Positions 44,519-51,224 of a stretch of DNA of 64,000 nt are shown piece after piece. This stretch comes from a virus. Location: positions 1 through 64,000 of IMG/VR virus record IMGVR_UViG_3300045988_134806, one strand, 5' to 3'. Below the pieces are notes generated by a model. That model searched no databases. It was given only the letters and a program-made list of their open reading frames with translations, and was not told where the DNA came from. The number at the start of each line of letters is the position of its first letter. The stretch's first letter is position 1. The translations under genes and the position numbers were made by a program.

Positions 44519-44970
44519 GATGTCTCCTTTCGGGGTGCCACGCAGGGGCTCCCGTCCTCATAGAACAAAAGATCATTGGCTTGGCAGTGGTCGATGACTT
44601 CGTCGGTGTAATCTCGGTTGCCGATCTCCTCATTGAGCCTGTCGAATACGCCACGGATCAAGTCTTCCAAGTTGTCCAAGTCAATTTCCAAGAAAAACTT
44701 CTTTTTGACAACCCGTTCAACAATTTCCATGGCATACACGTGCCCGATCTCATTGCCGATCTTTACGAAGTCAGTAAAACGCACAACCTGCTGAAAGTCA
44801 TCCGTGAGGTCTGAGACTTCTTGGACCTTTCCCACCACCTCTTTATAGTTGTACTCAAGCTCGTTGTATTCAAAGCCCATCAGCTCCTCAGCAATGGGCC
44901 AATACGCATTGTCACGAGCGGACTGCGTGAGCTCCGTGTACTCATACACGGGAATTGTTACTTGCTTCAT
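44494..44970 (-). CDS. hypothetical acidic protein (158 aa)
   Basis: ORF in the early operon. Acidic. No confident motif. Confidence 0.6.
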   Translation of the reverse strand: MKQVTIPVYEYTELTQSARDNAYWPIAEELMGFEYNELEYNYKEVVGKVQEVSDLTDDFQQVVRFTDFVKIGNEIGHVYAMEIVERVVKKKFFLEIDLDNLEDLIRGVFDRLNEEIGNRDYTDEVIDHCQANDLLFYEDGSPCVAPRKETSCTAKSFG

Positions 44971-44979
44971 AAGGCCACC

Positions 44980-45507
44980 TTAAAACGGCATCTGGCAATC
45001 CCTAAGAACCTTTCTGTCCGGGTCGTCAATGTCTCTGAAATCAAAGAAACTTCGTGCCACGGCTTCAGGGTCTTTCACGTCATGAGCCTTGGCCCATAAG
45101 AATGTTTCCCATAAGGGTGTGCTGTTCTCGTCCACAATCACAGGCACTCCGCCAAACTCGAAGTAAGTAAACGGCGTGGCCTGCTGCTCCTTTGTCTTTA
45201 GGCGTCGAGACGCTTTAACCGCGCTGGCTTCCGCCTTGGCAAACCATTCAAGCAAAGCCCGCATAAACTCCGAGCCTCCGTGGGTCTTAATGAAAAGAAA
45301 CTGCTGCATGGTAAGCTGGTAGGTGCATGCCCTCTTGGTGGAGAGAACGCTGTTTTCCACGACTACCGTGTGCTGCTCCTCAATAACACCAGCCTGTCTT
45401 GGCACGGTATTGCCACGGATGACAGTGTATGGGGCAGAGGCTTGCGCCTGAATACGGTCTTTCATAACGGACATACTTTTCTCCTTAAGGGATGATTCCA
45501 AAGACAC
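44980..45507 (-). CDS. hypothetical protein (175 aa)
   Basis: ORF in the early operon. No motif. Confidence 0.6.
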   Translation of the reverse strand: MSLESSLKEKSMSVMKDRIQAQASAPYTVIRGNTVPRQAGVIEEQHTVVVENSVLSTKRACTYQLTMQQFLFIKTHGGSEFMRALLEWFAKAEASAVKASRRLKTKEQQATPFTYFEFGGVPVIVDENSTPLWETFLWAKAHDVKDPEAVARSFFDFRDIDDPDRKVLRDCQMPF

Positions 45508-45592
45508 ACATCAATCCGACGATCACAAAGACAATCGGATACACAACTGCTTCGAGCCGGTTGATAAGCTCGTCATATTCCTTATCGCTCAT
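45485..45592 (-). CDS. tiny single-TM protein (35 aa); below the track cut-off
   Basis: Translates as MSDKEYDELINRLEAVVYPIVFVIVGLMCVFGIIP. AAGGAAG lies 8 nt upstream of the ATG. Overlaps the next gene start by 23 nt. Confidence 0.35.
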   Translation of the reverse strand: MSDKEYDELINRLEAVVYPIVFVIVGLMCVFGIIP

Positions 45593-45604
45593 GGTTATGC
45601 TTCC

Positions 45605-46039
45605 TTAACACATATGTGCATCGGTGTCGAAACAGACGTAATTAGCGACTGTCTCTAACAACCTCCAAATGATTTTTTCTTTGACTTCATCAGTGGGACG
45701 GCCACATTCCAAAGAGACAGCTTCGTTTCTTGTGAGACCGAACTCGCCTTCGATTTCTTCTTCAATGTCACGGTCAAAATAGCCGTCGTAGTCTCCGAAA
45801 ATGAACGAGAAGATTTCTTCTTTGTTGCAGTCCCAGAACTCCAAGAGGTCGCAGTGTTCCACGAAACCATGGGGCGCAGTCATGGGGGCGCCGTATTCAG
45901 CGATTGCCTTGAGGTCAACCATGATTTGGCTTTCGTCTTCGTCGCTCATGTCATCCCCGGGGACGTAGTGGTATCCCATTTGATTGAAAAAATTCGGTGC
46001 AAACGGGAAAGTATTGGACGCTTGATCTAATGCAAACAT
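45605..46039 (-). CDS. highly acidic protein (144 aa), promoter-proximal first gene of the leftward early operon
   Basis: Asp/Glu-rich (DDMSDEDESQ, DRDIEEEIEGE). Located directly downstream of the large non-coding region. Confidence 0.65.
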   Translation of the reverse strand: MFALDQASNTFPFAPNFFNQMGYHYVPGDDMSDEDESQIMVDLKAIAEYGAPMTAPHGFVEHCDLLEFWDCNKEEIFSFIFGDYDGYFDRDIEEEIEGEFGLTRNEAVSLECGRPTDEVKEKIIWRLLETVANYVCFDTDAHMC

Positions 46040-46280
46040 AGTTAGCTCCTAAAAGAATGCGCCTACAGTGTTTCCACGGCAGGCGCGACGAAAGAAAGGA
46101 CAGGCGATTAGCCTGTTAATTGATTTAAAAAGTGCCCTAAAAATATCTTTAATAATCAATCACCTACAAAGGTGCTCCGGTGGGTTATCGGAAAATGTGT
46201 ATGATTATTAAAGACTTTTTAGAAAAGTAGGGGTAGTTTGAGAGCGGGGTGAGCTTAGCGGGCTTTGTGGACTATAGGTG

Positions 46281-46557
46281 CAACTATCCAAACTATCCAT
46301 TTTTGGATTGTAACTAGGCAGGTGTAACCTATTGATTTAAAAGCAACTATCCTTATTATCCCAACTATCCATGCTTTTTAGGATGGATTCAAATATAGAA
46401 AAATTTTTTCCGAAAAATGGTGTCACATTAAAATTCTCTCGTGACGTAAAAGCTATTTCTATTGGATATTAAGGATAATAAGGATAATAAGGATAGTTAT
46501 ATAAAAATACAGTTGTTTACCTCACTTGGAAACACCCGCAAACTATCCCAATTATCC
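46281..46557. promoter_or_regulatory. iteron cluster with inverted-repeat arms and AT-rich core (candidate origin of replication or operator array)
   Basis: At least 10 copies of (A/T)(A/T)(C/T)TATCC at 9-nt spacing. Forward copies start at 46282, 46291, 46345, 46354, 46363, 46541, 46550; reverse copies at 46473, 46482, 46491. AACTATCCTTATTATCC (46345-61) is mirrored by GGATAATAAGGATAATAAGGATAGTT (46473-98). Confidence 0.7.
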
Positions 46558-46631
46558 AAAATACCCTTAGTATGGTATAGTCACTAAGCCCATAAGTACA
46601 CGTAAACCCTAGGTATACGCAAAAACCTCCT

Positions 46632-46658
46632 AAAAAAGCGGGCTACTGCATAGCCCGC
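46632..46658 (-). terminator. minus-strand rho-independent terminator
   Basis: Plus strand reads aaaaaa-GCGGGCTA-ctgca-TAGCCCGC. On the minus strand the 8-bp hairpin is followed by T6. Confidence 0.7.
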
Positions 46659-46694
46659 CCTGGAAACTAGGCACACTTTGCCCACGAAATCCGC

Positions 46695-46781
46695 CTAACT
46701 GCGTGAATCCCATTCCTGAGAATCGAGGTAGTCCTCGATAGCTTCGATTATTTGTTCAAGGTCTTCATAATCTGCGGACAT
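46695..46781 (-). CDS. possible 28-aa acidic micropeptide gene
   Basis: Translates as MSADYEDLEQIIEAIEDYLDSQEWDSRS. AAGGGAG lies 7 nt upstream of the ATG. Bracketed by two minus-strand terminators. Confidence 0.3.
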   Translation of the reverse strand: MSADYEDLEQIIEAIEDYLDSQEWDSRS

Positions 46782-46831
46782 GATTTCACTCCCTTGGAGA
46801 CTTGGCACCCAATGCGCCTGATGTCTCCTTT

Positions 46832-46848
46832 TCGAAAAAATTTTTCGA
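46832..46848. promoter_or_regulatory. 17-nt perfect palindrome TCGAAAAA-A-TTTTTCGA (candidate operator)
   Basis: 8+1+8 palindrome upstream of the micropeptide ORF. A related palindrome, GAAAAA-T-TTTTTC, lies at 46398-46410 inside the iteron region. Confidence 0.4.
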
Positions 46849-46876
46849 GGGCTGCGGGCCCCCGGATTTTGGGTAC

Positions 46877-46901
46877 AAAAAAGCGCCCCACTTGGGGGCG
46901 C
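46877..46901 (-). terminator. minus-strand rho-independent terminator after gene 46917..47654
   Basis: Plus strand reads aaaaaa-GCGCCCC-acttg-GGGGCGC. On the minus strand the hairpin is followed by T6, 16 nt after the stop. Confidence 0.75.
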
Positions 46902-46916
46902 CGTTCACTTGGTTAC

Positions 46917-47654
46917 TTAGTTTCCATTGACCGCTTTGTTATCTGAGAAGTCCACGGGCTTGATCTTGGTATCCGCAGGAGATTCGATGATAGCCACGGG
47001 CTTCGGTGATATCTGAATCTGATGCAGGGCTATAGAGATTTTTTCGATGTCGTGGATATTCTCAGCAATGAAGGCTAGGCATTCAAGGGCCGCGCGGTCT
47101 CGGTTCGTTGTATACGCGGCTGCATAGCGTTCTTTGGCTTTTAGTAGGCGTTTTTCAAGCGTGATTGTGGACTTGATTTCCGTATTATTTGACGATTTTG
47201 TAGCAGTTTCAGCCTCGAAAAGGTATTGAGAAATTTTGCCACTATCACAAGCGGAATCGAATTTACCGCTTTTTTTCTTGAGATCATCATAATCTACAGA
47301 GGTGTCCTCAGACGGTAGGGTGATTGTTCGACCTTCGACCTTGACGGGATACCCTGCTTTGCGTAACCCCTTAGCCAACCAAATTCTGACATTGAGAATA
47401 AGAGAATCATCGGTGAGGAGCTGAGGGATCTCTGTATCTCCAATATTTGCGAGGGTGATGGCACCCACTGATTTACGGCGGGCCTCAGAGGCCAAATCAC
47501 GGAAGCGGTCAATATGGAAGCGGACCACGATAGCAACATCAGCATTGACCTTGTGGAGACCTTTGAGCCGGGTGAGGGCTGCGTTCATTTTGGCACGAGC
47601 GGGTGAAAACTTTTTAACTTTTACGGAAGCCATTGCATTAAGTTTATTTGTCAT
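46917..47654 (-). CDS. hypothetical protein (245 aa), monocistronic unit between two large non-coding regions
   Basis: Long ORF with its own terminator. No motif. Its position suggests a regulatory or replication-initiation role (inference only). Confidence 0.65.
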   Translation of the reverse strand: MTNKLNAMASVKVKKFSPARAKMNAALTRLKGLHKVNADVAIVVRFHIDRFRDLASEARRKSVGAITLANIGDTEIPQLLTDDSLILNVRIWLAKGLRKAGYPVKVEGRTITLPSEDTSVDYDDLKKKSGKFDSACDSGKISQYLFEAETATKSSNNTEIKSTITLEKRLLKAKERYAAAYTTNRDRAALECLAFIAENIHDIEKISIALHQIQISPKPVAIIESPADTKIKPVDFSDNKAVNGN

Positions 47655-47986
47655 TTTTTAACTCCTTTTGAGTTGGTGGGTAAAAATATCTGCATACTCG
47701 ACGAATACACATATATTTTTAGTTTCATGCCGATCGCTTACTGCTATTCGGGGCGGTCGGTGGGTATTGCCTTTTTAATCCACCACAAGCCTGAATCGTC
47801 ACCTCAGTTAAGAGGGTAATCCTTGCTATCCTATATAGGGGGTGAATATTATTAAGACTGAATACCGTTGAGAGGGGTGTCTACCTCTCGGTAGTCTCGT
47901 AGCCTCATTGATTCATGGTGGGCCTCTGTTTTTAGTTTCCATATCGATCCTCCTTATATGTCCTATATCTAAGGGATTCATGGCCC

Positions 47987-48025
47987 GGGGGAGGGGGTGG
48001 GCTAGGTGGACAAGGGGGCTGGGGG
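47987..48025 (+). other. G-tract cluster (G5-A-G5-T-G3 ... G5-ct-G5), potential G-quadruplex
   Basis: Sequence gggggagggggtgggctaggtggacaagggggctggggg lies in the divergent non-coding region upstream of the packaging genes. Confidence 0.5.
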
Positions 48026-48169
48026 TACCGGGTATGTTTTAATAAAAGGTCATAAAGCACACCCAGTTTTCTCAGAATGTGCATACATTTGACATACATT
48101 TACCGACTAACCCCGTGTCCACGAAAAACACGAGTAAAATCAAGGAATAACTTCCTCTAATCTCTAAAA

Positions 48170-48331
48170 ATGAAGAAAAAGTGCTTTTACTTGGAGGAAG
48201 AGCTTTCCGCACGTCTCAAGGATTACTGTGTCCGCTACGGGCTCAAAGAAGCCCAAGTAGTTCGGATGGCTCTTCACATATTCATCAGAAACCACGGAGA
48301 ACTTCTGAAACGAGATGCCCAACGAGCTTGA
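48170..48331 (+). CDS. ribbon-helix-helix (CopG/Arc-like) DNA-binding protein (53 aa); below the track cut-off
   Basis: MKKKCFYLEEELSARLKDYCVRYGLKEAQVVRMALHIFIRNHGELL fits the beta-alpha-alpha RHH pattern. Overlaps the TerS start. Confidence 0.5.
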   Translation: MKKKCFYLEEELSARLKDYCVRYGLKEAQVVRMALHIFIRNHGELLKRDAQRA

Positions 48332-48809
48332 CTTGGAAACCATCCCGTTCGTCGTGGAGGCAATGGACAATTTGGCGCTTTTAACCGACATAGCGATCGG
48401 GGATTATTCAGATGCCAAAGAGGTCTATGAGCGCTACAACCTGACGGTTAAAGACTGGGAGGTTCTCGAAAAATCCAAAGCATTCCAAGCGGCAGTGCTG
48501 CAAGTGCGCTCCGAGCTGGAAAAAGACGGACGGATGAGTCGGTACAAGGCCCGCATGATGGCCGACGACCTGATGGACGTGGTGTACCGGGAAGCAATGG
48601 ATGAGAACAACGCGCTCCCTATCGAGAAGCGGCTGGAAACCCTGAAGGTTCTGGCTCGCCTAGGTGACATGGAACCTAAGAACACTTTGGGATCTAAAGG
48701 TTCGACCGGGCCGCAGTTCTCAATTCAGATTAATCTTCCGTCAACACCTACGAACGCAGGTAAAGTGGAAATCGTAGAAGCAAAATTAGTAGAGGCAAAC
48801 AATGGCTGA
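48315..48809 (+). CDS. small terminase subunit (by position)
   Basis: 164-aa helical protein immediately upstream of TerL and overlapping it by 8 nt. No diagnostic motif. Confidence 0.5.
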   Translation: MPNELDLETIPFVVEAMDNLALLTDIAIGDYSDAKEVYERYNLTVKDWEVLEKSKAFQAAVLQVRSELEKDGRMSRYKARMMADDLMDVVYREAMDENNALPIEKRLETLKVLARLGDMEPKNTLGSKGSTGPQFSIQINLPSTPTNAGKVEIVEAKLVEANNG

Positions 48810-51216
48810 AGCTATTAACTACACGCCGCCTAACTCATTGGTGCCGTTTTTTACCAGCGAAAAATTTATTTCTTTGGTCTGTGGTCCGGTCGGATGTGTG
48901 TCCTGTGACACGGAGTTCCTTAGCCCGACAGGCTGGAAACGGATCGACCAGTACAGTGACGGAGGCTTGGTGGCTCAGTGGAACCCGGAAACGGAGCAGG
49001 CTGAGTTTGTGAAGCCCTCTGAGTACATTAAGTTGCCGTGTAAAGAGTTCTATCGTTTTTGGCATAGCCACGGCTTAGACATGGTTCTTAGCGCTGAGCA
49101 CAGAGTTCTCTTAAAGAATCCCCGTGCAGTTGGTAAACGTTCCCCGAGCACAGTTGTGTTCACAGCAGCGGAAGTTGCTGAAAAGATCAAAAGCGGCTTT
49201 TCATTAGAGCGGAAGAATATTCCCGCCTCCTTCAAGGCACCGGTTTCTGAAGGAATGCCTTTTACTGATGATGAGATTCGTCTAGGCGTCGCTATTTGCG
49301 CTGATGGCTGGCTCCCAAAGAGACTCCCGGGAGTCAACATAGAAATTAAAAAGGAATATAAGAAGCGGCAGCTTCGCGAACTTTTAGATCGGATGGGCAT
49401 TCATTATTCGGAGACAAAAACTTCTCAAGAGGGTTTCTTACGGTTTTATTTCCGCTCTCCGCTGCGAGATAAGGTCTTTGATGAAAAATGGTGGAAGGCC
49501 AGCCAGCATCAGTTGGAAGTTATCGCTGAAGAACTGATTAAATGGGACGGTGGTAAGACCCACGCAGGCGGTAATATCTTCAGGACACGAGTGAAGGAGA
49601 ATGCAGACTTTGCGCAGTACGCTTTTACTTGTGCCGGATATAAGACCTCGTTGAACTTTGAAAATGGGCTTACTTATCATGTCGTTACTCCGAAGGATAA
49701 AAAGCCGTTTACAAACCTTCCTTCTCACAGAGCGGTTTTGAGAGGCGAGGGTGTTGAGATTGTTCCTTCTGAGGATGGCTTCAAATACTGTTTCAGCGTC
49801 CCTACGTCGTATTTGATTCTGAGGCATAACAACTGTATTTTTGTCACCGGAAATTCTACGAAGACTTCAGCGTCCATTATGAAAATCGCCTACCATGCAA
49901 AGAAAATGGCCCCTTGTTACGACGGAATCAGGCGTTCTAGGTGTTGCTGGGTGAGAAATACTCGTCAACAGCTTGCTGATACGAGCATCAAGGACTTTAT
50001 GAAATGGTTCCCGGACGGCATCGCAGGCACTTTTGAAAAGACGAACACTCAGTTCAAGCTCAAATTTGATGACGTTGAATGCGAGGTCTTGTTCCGTGGT
50101 CTTGATGACGCAAACGACGTTCGGCGCTTGTTGTCTTTGCAGTTGTCATTCGCTGTGTTTGATGAGTTTCGCGAGATCAATCGAGACATCTTTGAAACGA
50201 TGCAAGGCCGCGTGGGCCGTTATCCCGACAAAATGTTAGTCCCTCCGCGTCCTGAGTGGGGTGTGGATTCCCGCGGGAACCCGGTAGGTGGATGTGTAAC
50301 AGACGAGGGTAAGAGTAATGCGCACGTTTGGGGTGCAAGTAACCCACCCGATCTTGAGAGCTATTGGGAAGAACTTCTTTCCGATCCGCCCGATAATGTA
50401 CATGTGACCATTCAGCCCGGGGGCCTTTCCCCGGAAGCCGACTGGCTTGAATACCTCCCGGAAGACTACTATGAAAACCTTACGAAGGGTAAGAGCCAAG
50501 ATTGGATTGATGTCTACGTAAATTCAAAGTTTGGAAAAACACTCGCAGGGTCTCCCGTTTTCAGAGCCTTTGCAAGAGACGTTCACGTGGCAAAAGAGCC
50601 GCTGAATTACATCCGATCGTCTTCGTTCCCGCTGATCGTGGGGATGGACGTAGGGCTGCATCCGGCAGCCGTGATCGGCCAGATGACGCCGACCGGAAGA
50701 TTGGTCGTGCTGCACTCGATGTCTGAGTCAGGCATGGGAGCCTTACGTTTCGTTCGCGAGAGATTAAAACCCGTGTTGTCACAGAGGTTTCCGGGGCAGC
50801 CTGCGATTGTGATCCTTGACCCGGCAGCGAATACCCGCTCGCAGACCGATGAGCGCACCGTGCTGGAGGTTTTGAAGGAAGAAGGGTTCCAAGTACGTAC
50901 CGCAAAAACAAACGCGCTACAGCCCCGGATAAGCGCCGTAGACAGCTTTTTAACAAGGATGATCGACGGCAAGGGCGGCATTGTGTTCGATGAGGCTTAC
51001 TGTCACGGGATCATCACGGCGTTGGCCGGTAAGTACCGTTATCGCCTCAAAAAGAACGGGGATGCTGAAGATTCACCGGAAAAGAACCATCCGTGGTCCG
51101 ATTTGGCGGACTCTTTGCAGTATTTATGCCTTCATACCGACACTTCCGGGGTCTTCGGAGGCCATAAAAATACCAAATCTAGGCCCGTAAAACAGGTGAA
51201 TTACCGCTATGTTTAG
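48802..51216 (+). CDS. terL: large terminase subunit, interrupted by a 320-aa intein in the P-loop
   Basis: Spliced P-loop would read LVCGPVG/STKTSAS. Walker B-like FAVFDEF. Nuclease-half acidic motifs (ILDPAAN, WSDLADSLQY). Lies upstream of the portal gene. Confidence 0.8.
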   Translation: MAEAINYTPPNSLVPFFTSEKFISLVCGPVGCVSCDTEFLSPTGWKRIDQYSDGGLVAQWNPETEQAEFVKPSEYIKLPCKEFYRFWHSHGLDMVLSAEHRVLLKNPRAVGKRSPSTVVFTAAEVAEKIKSGFSLERKNIPASFKAPVSEGMPFTDDEIRLGVAICADGWLPKRLPGVNIEIKKEYKKRQLRELLDRMGIHYSETKTSQEGFLRFYFRSPLRDKVFDEKWWKASQHQLEVIAEELIKWDGGKTHAGGNIFRTRVKENADFAQYAFTCAGYKTSLNFENGLTYHVVTPKDKKPFTNLPSHRAVLRGEGVEIVPSEDGFKYCFSVPTSYLILRHNNCIFVTGNSTKTSASIMKIAYHAKKMAPCYDGIRRSRCCWVRNTRQQLADTSIKDFMKWFPDGIAGTFEKTNTQFKLKFDDVECEVLFRGLDDANDVRRLLSLQLSFAVFDEFREINRDIFETMQGRVGRYPDKMLVPPRPEWGVDSRGNPVGGCVTDEGKSNAHVWGASNPPDLESYWEELLSDPPDNVHVTIQPGGLSPEADWLEYLPEDYYENLTKGKSQDWIDVYVNSKFGKTLAGSPVFRAFARDVHVAKEPLNYIRSSSFPLIVGMDVGLHPAAVIGQMTPTGRLVVLHSMSESGMGALRFVRERLKPVLSQRFPGQPAIVILDPAANTRSQTDERTVLEVLKEEGFQVRTAKTNALQPRISAVDSFLTRMIDGKGGIVFDEAYCHGIITALAGKYRYRLKKNGDAEDSPEKNHPWSDLADSLQYLCLHTDTSGVFGGHKNTKSRPVKQVNYRYV
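48895..49854 (+). mobile_element. intein with LAGLIDADG-type homing endonuclease domain in TerL
   Basis: Block A CVSCDTEFLSPTGW and block B SAEHRVLL. DOD-like motifs LGVAICADGW and IAEELIKWDG. C-terminus YCFSVPTSYLILRHNNCIFVTGN followed by S. Length is 960 nt, in frame. Confidence 0.75.
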
Positions 51217-51224
51217 GAGAAAAA

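Noticed and set aside
46281-46557. Possible CRISPR array, because of many short direct repeats
   Set aside because: The repeat units are only 8-9 nt, are directly abutting with no spacers, occur in both orientations, and no cas genes are present. An iteron/operator interpretation fits better.
49837-49854. Alternative TerL intein C-terminal junction at ..LRHNN/C instead of ..FVTGN/S
   Set aside because: Splicing there would leave CIFVTGN inside the P-loop, whereas the GN/S junction restores GPVGSTKT. This remains unverified without homologue alignment.
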